Assembly (NCBI RefSeq): GCF_039541115.1
Contig: NZ_BAABFP010000008.1
Span: 434,001 to 498,000 of the forward strand
Reading direction: 5' to 3'
Source of the DNA: Angustibacter luteus
Lineage (GTDB): Bacteria; Actinomycetota; Actinomycetes; Actinomycetales; Angustibacteraceae
Length of the DNA stretch: 64,000 nucleotides
Each line of letters opens with the position of its first letter. Positions within the stretch are counted from its first letter, which is position 1. The notes beneath the pieces were generated by a model. It saw nothing but the letters and a program-made list of their open reading frames with translations. It was not told the origin of the DNA and ran no database searches. Shown here one piece after another: positions 38,081 through 47,287 of the stretch. The position numbers and the translations under genes were made by a program.

Positions 38081-40883
38081 CGCGCAGCACCTGCCCCTCG
38101 TCCACCCGGCGGCCGCGCCAGGCCACCAGACCGACCGCACTGAGCCACGCGAGCACCGCGACGGCCAGCACCCAGAGTGCGCCCACGACGTCCAGCCGCA
38201 GGTGGAACTCCGGCTCCGTGCCGCCACCGGGATCGAGCAGCCGGCCACCCAGCGGAGCGAGCAGCGCGGCCCCGAGCGCGGCGGCGAGCGAGCCGAGCAG
38301 GGTGAGCAGGGCCAGCTCGACCGCTCGGGCCCGCAGCACACCGCGTCGTCGCAGGCCCATCCGAGCCAGCATCAGGTCGGCGGCACGGGCCACGGCGGCC
38401 CGCCGTTCCGCGTACATCACGAGCACCAGCAACGCGACCAGGGCCACGCTCGCGCCGAGCGCCACCTGCGCGCCGGTGGAGCGCCGGGCGGCGACCAGGT
38501 CCGGCTGCTGGGCGACCTGCGCCATCGTGGTCATGCCCTCGGTCTTGACCCCGGCGGGGTCGGTGACGGCCCGGATGCCAGCGACGCCGTCGGCGGACCA
38601 CAGCGAGGGGAAGTAGTCCGACGGCGCCCGGTTGAACCGCCCGGAGCCGGCCGGCGGCTTGACCCTCGGGTCGAGCGCGCCGAGGTAGAGGAAGAAGCTG
38701 TCCGCCGGGACGACGACCATCCCGAGCGCGTCGTCGTGCCCGGGGAAGGCGGGGACGACGTCCAGGAACCGGACGGGGACGTCACCCTGCTCGCTCGTCA
38801 CCCCCGCGGTCTCGCCGGGCCGCGCCACGACGTCGCCGACGCCGATCGCCGGGATGGGTCCGAAGCGTTCACCGCCGCGCAGCCGCGCGGCGACGACCTC
38901 GTCCTGGCGGGCCAGCTCGCCCAGCTGCGCGCGGGCCCGGGCGAGCTCGGGCCCGGTGCCCCACGCCGCGACCTGCTCGAAGTGCGCGGGGTCGATGACC
39001 AGCAGGTCGAGGTTGCCCAGCTCGGGCGGCACGCTGACCCGGCCCCGCCAGACGATGGTGGTGCCGTCCGGCAGTGGCGGGGTGCGGGCGCCGGGGACCG
39101 CGTTCAGCGACGGCTGGGCCGAGTCGCCGGGCTGCGGCGGCGGCAGCTGGGCCGCGCCGGGGTCGAGCAGCCAGGAGACCTCGATCTCGGCGGTCGCGTC
39201 GGCCCCGGCCAGGACGGCCGTCCGGTCCGCGGTCACCGTCGTCACGGACTCGGCGGCGGCCAGTGCGTAGGCGAGCATCCCGAGCCCGGCGGCCAGCACC
39301 GTGACGACGAGGGCCCCCTGCCGTCGTCCGGCCGAGGCGCGGTTCAGCGCCAGCATCGAGGACACGCTGCGAGCCCGGCCGGCCGTCCGGTCGAGCAGGG
39401 TGAGCGCTGCCCGCCCGACCACTGCGCCGACCGCGCTGACCAGCAGCAGCGGCACCAGCAGGTCCAGCGCGCTCGGCGGCCCGGCCACGTCCGGCCGGAC
39501 CAGCAGCCCGACCGTCGCCGTCAGCGCGACCAGCAGCAGGGCGACGTCCCACGGCACACTCGATCGGCCGGGCCCGACCCGGAGCCGCTCCGCGCGCCAG
39601 GCCGCCACCAGAGCGATCCCGGCCACCAGCACGCAGCCGGCCGCGGCGGCCAACGCGGCCCGACCGGCGCCGTGGCCCAGCGCGGTGGCCGACACCGCGG
39701 CGGGCGGTCCGACGGCCCACACCGCGAGCCACGCCACCAACGGCCCGAGCACCACAGCCAGCAACGCGGCAGGCAGCACCTCGAGCGCGGCGAGACCACC
39801 GGCGGACGACGGTCGCTGCCCGAGGGCGACCCCGAGCCGCACCTCGACGGCTCGCCGGTTCGCGGTCAGCACCGCCACGCACCCTACGGCCGTCAGCCCG
39901 AGCAGCAACCCGGCCAGCAGGAGCGGGCGCGTCCACGCGACGGTCCGGACGGCAACCCGTTGGGCCTCGGCCACCAGCTTCGGCAGGCCCGAGACGACCT
40001 GCTGCCGCAAGCGGTCCGGCCGCTCGCCGGCCAAGGTGGGATCCCGCACCTGGACCTGCAGGTCGCGGATCCCGTCCACCGTCTGCTGGGCCTCGACCAG
40101 GGTCGGCGTCACCGGGTCGAGCTGGGACTCGACCGCATAGAGCAGCTCGTCACCGATCGGGGCGGCCAGGGCGGCGGCACCGGCGACGTCGGTGACCAGC
40201 AGGTACGCGGGCAGGACGCCGAACTCGCTGTCCACCGGCAGCGAGGCCCGCCGGTACGTCCAGCGGTGCGTGCCGGGCGGGTCCTTCGGCGTCCGGCCGT
40301 CCGGTCCGACCGCGTAGATGCCGGCGACCGTGGACGGGGTCGAGCGGTCCCGGAAGCGGGTGTCGAGGCCGACCGTGATCGGGTCGCCGGGCCGCACGGA
40401 CAGGCTGTCCGCCAACGGTTCCGGCAGCCAGACGCCGCTGGCCGCAGCACCCGGTGCGGTCGCGACGGGGACCAACGAGTGGACGAGGTCGTCGTCCCCG
40501 TAGAGCCGGGCGCGCTCGCGGTCACCGCCCGCACTCACGTACGGCTGCAGCAGGGACTCCAGCGGTCGGGTCTCCACCGAGACGGAGGCGGCCGTGACGG
40601 CGCTCGGCCCGAGCCCGGGGACGTCGTCCAGCGCCCCGTTGAGCAGGCCCCGGCCGGGGATGCCGGTACCGCCGACGAGCCGGACGACGGGAGCGTCCGC
40701 AGCGACCGCGTCGGCCGGGACGGCGGCCAGCTGGTCGGCCAGGGCGGCGTCCCCCGCGGCCGAACCGAACAGCGGCTCGGCGGCCGCGGCCGCGGTGGCG
40801 AGGGTGAACGCCGCCAGCACGAGCAGGCCCCAGACCCCGCTGCGGACGGCGCGCAGCGGGGCGCGTCGTACCAACGGGTCCAT
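38070..40883 (-). CDS. FtsX/MacB-like ABC permease (duplicated)
   Basis: 937 aa, two TM clusters with large extracytoplasmic loops; coupled to two ATPases. Confidence 0.75.
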   Translation of the reverse strand: MDPLVRRAPLRAVRSGVWGLLVLAAFTLATAAAAAEPLFGSAAGDAALADQLAAVPADAVAADAPVVRLVGGTGIPGRGLLNGALDDVPGLGPSAVTAASVSVETRPLESLLQPYVSAGGDRERARLYGDDDLVHSLVPVATAPGAAASGVWLPEPLADSLSVRPGDPITVGLDTRFRDRSTPSTVAGIYAVGPDGRTPKDPPGTHRWTYRRASLPVDSEFGVLPAYLLVTDVAGAAALAAPIGDELLYAVESQLDPVTPTLVEAQQTVDGIRDLQVQVRDPTLAGERPDRLRQQVVSGLPKLVAEAQRVAVRTVAWTRPLLLAGLLLGLTAVGCVAVLTANRRAVEVRLGVALGQRPSSAGGLAALEVLPAALLAVVLGPLVAWLAVWAVGPPAAVSATALGHGAGRAALAAAAGCVLVAGIALVAAWRAERLRVGPGRSSVPWDVALLLVALTATVGLLVRPDVAGPPSALDLLVPLLLVSAVGAVVGRAALTLLDRTAGRARSVSSMLALNRASAGRRQGALVVTVLAAGLGMLAYALAAAESVTTVTADRTAVLAGADATAEIEVSWLLDPGAAQLPPPQPGDSAQPSLNAVPGARTPPLPDGTTIVWRGRVSVPPELGNLDLLVIDPAHFEQVAAWGTGPELARARAQLGELARQDEVVAARLRGGERFGPIPAIGVGDVVARPGETAGVTSEQGDVPVRFLDVVPAFPGHDDALGMVVVPADSFFLYLGALDPRVKPPAGSGRFNRAPSDYFPSLWSADGVAGIRAVTDPAGVKTEGMTTMAQVAQQPDLVAARRSTGAQVALGASVALVALLVLVMYAERRAAVARAADLMLARMGLRRRGVLRARAVELALLTLLGSLAAALGAALLAPLGGRLLDPGGGTEPEFHLRLDVVGALWVLAVAVLAWLSAVGLVAWRGRRVDEGQVLRDAE

Positions 40884-40952
40884 CCGGTGACCCTAGAGCC
40901 GCAACGACCCTCTCGGCTACGGCTCGCCGCCGCGCCGCCCAGCCCAGGGCCC

Positions 40953-41624
40953 TCAGAGGCCGGCGAGGCCCTTGCCGACGAGCACCACGCCGATCACCAG
41001 CAGCAGCACGCTCATCACCGCGACGTTGTTGGCCTGCAACCAGACCTTGAGCTCGTCCAGCGGGTCACGCATGCGCTCCTTGGCGACGGCGTACCCGATC
41101 ACCGGCACCGCCACCGTGCAGGACGCCAGCACGATGAACACGACGGTCGCGACGACGACGTCCCCGCTCGGCAGGGTGCTGCCGCCGAGGGCGGCACCGG
41201 CCGCGATGCACATCAGCAGGTTCTTCGGGTTGATGGCGGCGAGCGCGAACCCCAGCAGCAGGGCGCGCACGAGGGTGAACGAGTCGATCGCCGACATCCA
41301 CTTGGGCAGCGTCGCGGGCTCGTCGCCCTTGGGCCGGCTGCGCCACTGCCGGACGGCCAGCAGCAGGAGCAGCACCCCGAGGATCAGCTTGATCCAGGAC
41401 GACGTGGTCGAGGGGTCGGAGCCGGCCTCCAGGCCGGACGTCTCGGCGATCACCAGGAAGACGACGGTCGCGACCGTGATGCCGAGCACCCAGCCGATCA
41501 GGAACCCCACGCTCGTGCCGCCCGCCTTGGGCGCGAGCAGCATCAGGATCGTCGCGATGATCGGGATGGGGCTGATCGCCACCCCGACCGCGTACGGCAG
41601 TAGGTCCCCGATGAGCGCGGTCAT
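40953..41624 (-). CDS. GAP/Sap family membrane protein
   Basis: AVGVAISPIPI, INPKNL, WLQANN. Confidence 0.85.
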   Translation of the reverse strand: MTALIGDLLPYAVGVAISPIPIIATILMLLAPKAGGTSVGFLIGWVLGITVATVVFLVIAETSGLEAGSDPSTTSSWIKLILGVLLLLLAVRQWRSRPKGDEPATLPKWMSAIDSFTLVRALLLGFALAAINPKNLLMCIAAGAALGGSTLPSGDVVVATVVFIVLASCTVAVPVIGYAVAKERMRDPLDELKVWLQANNVAVMSVLLLVIGVVLVGKGLAGL

Positions 41625-41652
41625 GTGGTCTCCCTAGGTCTGCCGGGCATGG

Positions 41653-42861
41653 TCAGGCTCCGTCGGCGGGCTCGTAGTCGGCGTTCGCCGGACGCAGCCG
41701 GCCGGCCAGCAACGGCAGCACGAGCACCGAGATCATCGCGGCGGTCACCAGCACGGACGCCATGGCGGGTGACATGAGCTTGTCGTCCACCCCGATACCG
41801 GTCATCACCACGACCAGCGGCAGCGCGGTGGCGGAGTACAGGGCGAGCGCCTTGACGTCGGCGGCGTCGAGCACGGGGCGGTAGAGCCACAGCATCGGTC
41901 CGCCACGCACGAGCAGGAAGGCACCCAGGGCGACGGGCAGCAGCAGCAGGTAGAGCGGCTGCTCGATGAGCGCCTGCAGGTCCAGCCGGACCCCGCTCAT
42001 CACGAAGAAGATCGGCACCAGGAAGCCGAAGCCGACGGCCTCGAGCTTCGACTCCAGCACCTCGACCTCCTCGCGCGGGCTGCTCGCGAGGAAGAGCCGC
42101 AGGATGATCCCGGCGGTGAACGCGCCGAGCAGGAAGTCGAGGTCGAACGCCGTCGCGACCCAGACCAGCAGGATGCAGAGCAGGATGCCGACCCGGACGC
42201 CGAGCTGCGCGCTGGTGGTCAGCGTCTCGCCGACCATCCGGATCACCCGCGGGGTACGGCTGCGCAGCGCCAGCCACACCACCACCAGTGCGGCCGCGAC
42301 GAACAGCAGCAGCACCCCGGCGGTCTCCACCGGGCGGTCCGACGCCAGGAAGAGCGAGAGCCCGATCAGCGGGCAGAACTCGCCGATGGCACCGGCCGCC
42401 AGCACGAACGGCCCGAAGGAGGTCTCGAGCTCGCCACGGTCGCGCAGGATCGGCAGCAACGTGCCGACCGCCGTGGTCGTCACGATCAGACCGAGTGCGA
42501 CACCTTGGACCGACAGGTGCCCGGACACCGTCGCCGTGACCAGCCCGATCACCAGACCGATGGCCAGCGAGACGCCCCAGCTGCGCAGCCCCAGGCTGAC
42601 CGGCAGGCCGCGGATCTTGGCGAAGTCGATCTCGTAGCCGGCCAGGAACATCAGCAGGGCGAGGCCGAGGTTGGACAACCCCGAGATGGCGGTGGAGTCC
42701 TGCACCCAGCCCAGCAGGTCCGGCCCGACCACGATGCCCAGCACGAGCTCGAGCACGACGGTCGGCACCAGCAGCACCGGACGCAACCGGTCGGCGAGCA
42801 GCGGCGCCGCCACCGCAACCGAGAGCAGGACGACGAGGTTGCGCAGCACGTCGACGTCCAC
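41653..42861 (-). CDS. Cation:proton antiporter (CPA2)
   Basis: ELVLGIVVGP, LMFLAGYEID, TTAVG, LGAFTAG, GFLVPIFFV; start approximate. Confidence 0.9.
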   Translation of the reverse strand: MDVDVLRNLVVLLSVAVAAPLLADRLRPVLLVPTVVLELVLGIVVGPDLLGWVQDSTAISGLSNLGLALLMFLAGYEIDFAKIRGLPVSLGLRSWGVSLAIGLVIGLVTATVSGHLSVQGVALGLIVTTTAVGTLLPILRDRGELETSFGPFVLAAGAIGEFCPLIGLSLFLASDRPVETAGVLLLFVAAALVVVWLALRSRTPRVIRMVGETLTTSAQLGVRVGILLCILLVWVATAFDLDFLLGAFTAGIILRLFLASSPREEVEVLESKLEAVGFGFLVPIFFVMSGVRLDLQALIEQPLYLLLLPVALGAFLLVRGGPMLWLYRPVLDAADVKALALYSATALPLVVVMTGIGVDDKLMSPAMASVLVTAAMISVLVLPLLAGRLRPANADYEPADGA

Positions 42862-43043
42862 GTCCACCTCCGGCCGCTGGGCGGCCGGCGTCGGCCCCGG
42901 CCCGCTCCTGTGTCTAGTGCACGGCCCCGCCGCGCACAAGGACCCTCGCAGCGAGGGCGCCCGGGCGGTATCACGCGCCGGTTCCGGCGGCTCCTTCCCG
43001 GTGAGACGCCGCGACGCGGCGTGCCGCCCGCCGGAGGCCTCCC

Positions 43044-44198
43044 ATGCAGACCCTGCCCGCCGTGACCGCGTCCGCCCTCGCGTCCAGCCCGCTCGACCGG
43101 GGCGGCGACCGCACTCCGGTCGTCCGGGTCGACACCGCTGAGGTCGCTCGGCAGCACGCGCTGCTCACGGCCGCGCTGCCCGGCGTCCGGCTGCACTACG
43201 CGGTGAAGGCCAACCCCGCGCACCAGGTGCTGCGCACCCTGGCCGAGCTCGGCTGCCGGTGGGACGTCGCGAGCCCGGGTGAGATCGACGCGGTGCTGTG
43301 CGCCGGCGGCGACCCCGCGGACATGTCCTACGGCAACACGGTCAAGCGGGCCGCCGACATCGCCTACGCGTTCGCCGCCGGGGTACGCCGGTTCACCTTC
43401 GACGCCGTGGGCGAGCTGAACAAGCTCACCGAGCACGCGCCGGGCAGCACGGTGATGGTCCGGATCAGCACGTCCGGGGCGGGGGCCGACTGGGCGCTCG
43501 GCGGCAAGTTCGGCTGCCCGCCGGACGTCGCCGCGCGGCTGCTGGAGCAGGCCGTGCGGGCCGGGCACCGGGTGGGCGTCGCCTTCCACGTCGGCAGCCA
43601 GCAGCGCGACCCGCAGGCGTGGGACGAGCCGCTGGCCACCACGTCCGCGCTGCGGCGGGTCGTCCGCGCGTGCGGCGCCGACCTGGCCGTGGTGGACCTC
43701 GGCGGCGGGCTGCCCGCCTCGACGCTCGAGCCGACCCGTGGGCTGGCCGACTACGGCGCCGCCATCACGGCCTCCCTGCACCGCCACCTGGGGCCGGACC
43801 TCCCCGAGGTGATGGCCGAGCCGGGCCGGGCGATGGTCGCCGACGCCGGCACGCTGGACACCGAGGTCGTCCTGGTCAGCGAGCGCTCGGGGGTGCCGTG
43901 GGTGTACCTGGACGCCGGGGTGTTCACCGGGCTGGTCGAGACGGTGGGCGAGGCCATCCGCTACCGGATCGAGGCGCTGCGGGACGGCGCGCCGCTGCTC
44001 GGCCCGACGCGTCCGGTGGTGCTGGCCGGTCCGACCTGCGACAGCCTGGACGTCCTCTACGCCGAGCACCGCTATCCGCTGCCGGCCGACCTGCGTCCCG
44101 GTGACCGGCTGCGGCTGCACTCCGCCGGCGCGTACACGGCGTCCTACTCCACCATCGGGTTCAACGGCTTCGCGCCGCTGCGCGAGGAGTTCCGGTGA
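43044..44198 (+). CDS. Fold-type III PLP ornithine/lysine decarboxylase
   Basis: YAVKAN, DVASPGE, KFG, HVGSQ, DLGGG, EPGR, GPTCDS, GAYT, FNGF. Confidence 0.92.
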   Translation: MQTLPAVTASALASSPLDRGGDRTPVVRVDTAEVARQHALLTAALPGVRLHYAVKANPAHQVLRTLAELGCRWDVASPGEIDAVLCAGGDPADMSYGNTVKRAADIAYAFAAGVRRFTFDAVGELNKLTEHAPGSTVMVRISTSGAGADWALGGKFGCPPDVAARLLEQAVRAGHRVGVAFHVGSQQRDPQAWDEPLATTSALRRVVRACGADLAVVDLGGGLPASTLEPTRGLADYGAAITASLHRHLGPDLPEVMAEPGRAMVADAGTLDTEVVLVSERSGVPWVYLDAGVFTGLVETVGEAIRYRIEALRDGAPLLGPTRPVVLAGPTCDSLDVLYAEHRYPLPADLRPGDRLRLHSAGAYTASYSTIGFNGFAPLREEFR

Positions 44199-45475
44199 CC
44201 GCGCCGGCGGTCGACGCGGCGGCGCTCGAGCACGGCGGCGTCGCCGCGCCCGAGGCAGCCGGCGAACCGGCCCGGTTCCGCGGCGCGCTGGCCTCCCGGA
44301 GCCTGCGCGGTCTGGTGGTCGCGCACAGCCTCGGCACCGCGGCGCAGCTGGCGCTCACCCTCGCCGTGGGCCTGGAGGTGCTCAGCCGGACGACGTCCGG
44401 CATCTGGGTCTCCATCGCCGTGGCGCTCGGCTTCGCGCCGTACGCCGTCTTCTCCGGCGCGGCCGGCGCACTGGCGGACCGCTGGTCCGCACCCGCGGTG
44501 ATCGGTGCCACCGTCGCGGTGCGCGGCGCGACCTCCGCCGCGGTCACCGCCGGCATCGTGCTCGACTGGTCCACCCCGGTGCTGGTGCTGCTGGCCGCGG
44601 TGACGGCGGTGTGCGCGACGCCGTCCTACCCGGCCACCGCCGCGGCCACCCCGCAGTGCGTGCCGGCCGGGCAGCTCCCGGCGGCGAACGCGTTGGTCAC
44701 CGCCGCGGAGAACGTGGTGTGGCTGGCCGGTCCCGGCCTGCTCGGGCTGCTGATGCTGGTGGGCCGCAGCACCGCGGTGGCGACGGGGGTGTCGACGCTG
44801 TGCTTCGTCCTGGCCACGGTCGTGGCGGCACGGGTACGGCTGCCGCGCCGGGCCGCGCACCCTGCGTCGTGGTGGCGGGCGATGGGCGAGGGGCTGCACG
44901 CCGTCTACGCGGACCGGGCGGTGCGGGTGCCGATGACGGTCGCGGTGATCGACAACTTCCTCTACGGCTTCCTGCTGGTGGCGATGATGCTGACCGCGGT
45001 GGCGTCCTTCGGGTTGCTCAACGGGGCGCTGACCTGCGGCGCGCTGGCCGCGCTCACCGTGGTCAACCGGTGCGCGGGCCACGGGCGGTCGCGGGTCGTG
45101 CTGATGGTGGTGATGACCTGCCTGTGCGGCAGCGTCGCCGCCTTCGCGGTGGTGGGCGCCACCGCCGCGACCCTGTCGATGCTCGCCGTGGCGGGCGCCG
45201 GGACCATGGTCGCCGAGGTCGTCGCGGTCACCATGCTGCAGCGCGCGGCACGGCCCGACGTCCTGGCGCGGGTGTTCGGGGTGTTCGACCAGGTCAACGT
45301 CGGCGCGATCGCGCTGGGCTCGTTCGCCGCGGGCCAGCTGTCCGCCGCCGTCGGCGTCCGGCCCGCGACGCTCGCCGTCTGCGCGCTGTGCCTGGTCGCG
45401 ACCGCGCTCACGCTCGGCCTCGGCCGACGCCGTCGACGCGAGGCGCAGCCGATCCCGTCCCAACAGCCCGGCTGA
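44195..45475 (+). CDS. MFS transporter
   Basis: GALADRW motif, about 12 TM; GTGA overlap with the decarboxylase. Confidence 0.85.
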   Translation: MTAPAVDAAALEHGGVAAPEAAGEPARFRGALASRSLRGLVVAHSLGTAAQLALTLAVGLEVLSRTTSGIWVSIAVALGFAPYAVFSGAAGALADRWSAPAVIGATVAVRGATSAAVTAGIVLDWSTPVLVLLAAVTAVCATPSYPATAAATPQCVPAGQLPAANALVTAAENVVWLAGPGLLGLLMLVGRSTAVATGVSTLCFVLATVVAARVRLPRRAAHPASWWRAMGEGLHAVYADRAVRVPMTVAVIDNFLYGFLLVAMMLTAVASFGLLNGALTCGALAALTVVNRCAGHGRSRVVLMVVMTCLCGSVAAFAVVGATAATLSMLAVAGAGTMVAEVVAVTMLQRAARPDVLARVFGVFDQVNVGAIALGSFAAGQLSAAVGVRPATLAVCALCLVATALTLGLGRRRRREAQPIPSQQPG

Positions 45476-45494
45476 TGCGCCGGGGCTGCGACCG

Positions 45495-46970
45495 CTAGGT
45501 CTGCGCCGGCGCGCTGGCCGGCCGCCGGCTCCGGACGTCGCCGCTCATGTCCTCGAGCTCGATGCCCTTGGTCTCGCTGATCTTCCACAGCACGAAGAAG
45601 AACGAGAGCACCGCGAAGCCGGTGTACAGCCCGTAGGCGAGCACCAGCGAGACCGACGACAGCGGCGGGAACGTCGTGGTGACCACGAAGTTCGTCAGCC
45701 ACTGGGCCGCTGCGGCGACCGAGAGCGCGGCGCCGCGGATCCGGTTCGGGAACATCTCGCCGAGCAGCACCCACACGACCGGTCCCCAGGTCGCCCCGAA
45801 CGAGACGACGAACAGGTTCGCGCCGACCAGCGCGATGCCGTTCCACGGCGACCCGAGCTGCGGGGTCTGGGTACCGTCCGACGCCGTCGTCATCACGGCC
45901 TGGGTGAAGGCGAGCGTCATCGCACCCAGCGACACGGCCATGCCGACCGACCCGACGAGCAGCAGGATCCGGCGTCCGATCTTGTCCACCAGCAGGATCG
46001 CGATGACGGTCACCGCGACGTTGGTGACCGAGGTGATGACCGAGATGACGAACGAGTTGGACTCGGAGAAGCCGACCGCCTGCCACAGGGTCGTCGAGTA
46101 GTAGAAGATCACGTTGATGCCGACCAGCTGCTGGAAGGCAGAGAGCGCGATGCCCACCCAGACGATCGGCATCAGCCCGAAGGTGTTGCCGCGCAGGTCC
46201 TTGGTGGACGGCGTGTGCTCGCGGTCGATGGTCTTCTGGATCTCCTCGACCTTCTTCTCCGGGGCGCGCATGCCGACCCAGCGACGCAGCACCTCGGTCG
46301 CCTTCTTCAGCTCACCGGTCGCCACCAGGTAGCGCGGGGACTCGGGGATCTGCAACGCCAGGATCCCGTAGACGGCCGACGGGACGACGCCGACGATGAA
46401 CATCCAGCGCCACGCCTGCAGGCCGAAGATCACGTCGTTCGCGCCGCCGGCGGTGTTGGCCCAGAAGGCGTCCGAGAGCAGCGCGACGAAGATGCCGATG
46501 GTGATCGCGAGCTGCTGCAACGACCCCAGCCGGCCGCGCATCGACGCCGGCGCGATCTCGGCGATGTACGCCGGCGCGATGACCGAGGCGATACCGATGC
46601 CCAGGCCGCCGACGAGCCGCCAGAACGCCAGGTCCCACACCGAGAAGGCGAACCCGGCGCCGAGCGAGCTGACGAAGAAGAGGATCGCGCCGATCAGCAT
46701 GACCCGGGTACGGCCCCACTTGTCCGCCCAGCGGCCGGCGTACCAGGCGCCGGCGGCGCACCCGAGCAGGGCGATCGCGACGACGAATCCGGTCACGAAC
46801 GAGGACAGCTCGAAGTTGTCCTCAACGGCGTCGACCGCGCCGTTGATGACCGAGCTGTCGAAGCCGAACAAGAAGCCGCCCATCGCCGCGGCGATGGACA
46901 GCATCACCACTTTGCCGTGGTGCTCGCTCAGTTGAGGTGCGGGACTGGAGTCACCGGTGACGTCAGACAT
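45495..46970 (-). CDS. Sugar porter family MFS transporter (GlcP-like)
   Basis: GGFLFGFDS, DKWGR, PESPR, QQLVGINVIFYY, EMFPNRIR, ETKG. Confidence 0.93.
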   Translation of the reverse strand: MSDVTGDSSPAPQLSEHHGKVVMLSIAAAMGGFLFGFDSSVINGAVDAVEDNFELSSFVTGFVVAIALLGCAAGAWYAGRWADKWGRTRVMLIGAILFFVSSLGAGFAFSVWDLAFWRLVGGLGIGIASVIAPAYIAEIAPASMRGRLGSLQQLAITIGIFVALLSDAFWANTAGGANDVIFGLQAWRWMFIVGVVPSAVYGILALQIPESPRYLVATGELKKATEVLRRWVGMRAPEKKVEEIQKTIDREHTPSTKDLRGNTFGLMPIVWVGIALSAFQQLVGINVIFYYSTTLWQAVGFSESNSFVISVITSVTNVAVTVIAILLVDKIGRRILLLVGSVGMAVSLGAMTLAFTQAVMTTASDGTQTPQLGSPWNGIALVGANLFVVSFGATWGPVVWVLLGEMFPNRIRGAALSVAAAAQWLTNFVVTTTFPPLSSVSLVLAYGLYTGFAVLSFFFVLWKISETKGIELEDMSGDVRSRRPASAPAQT

Positions 46971-47287
46971 GCGGACATGTCTACGCCCAACCGGCCGGGT
47001 CGGCCACCGCAGCGATCATGGTGCCCGACGTGACGGGGGTCTCCCGTGGTGTGGTCAGGGGCACCCCGCAGGGCCGGTAGACTGGACGACGTCGGCGCGC
47101 GCCGTCCGAACGCACTGGTTTAAAGCCAGGGCGGACGACGGCCCCCAGGCTTTCACTCGGCGCTCCGACACCCCACCGGCCAGCGACCTGCTGTCGACCG
47201 GTGCCGAGGGTGCACCTGGAGCGCCCGGCGTCGACGCCCCCGCGACGAAGCGGTTGCGTGCGCCAGTGTCATGAAACGAGCACTTCT

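Noticed and set aside
38202..41603. Long antisense ORFs (also 4802-7546, 24547-26943, 47153-49840)
   Set aside because: They mirror well-supported genes on the other strand and have no recognisable domains
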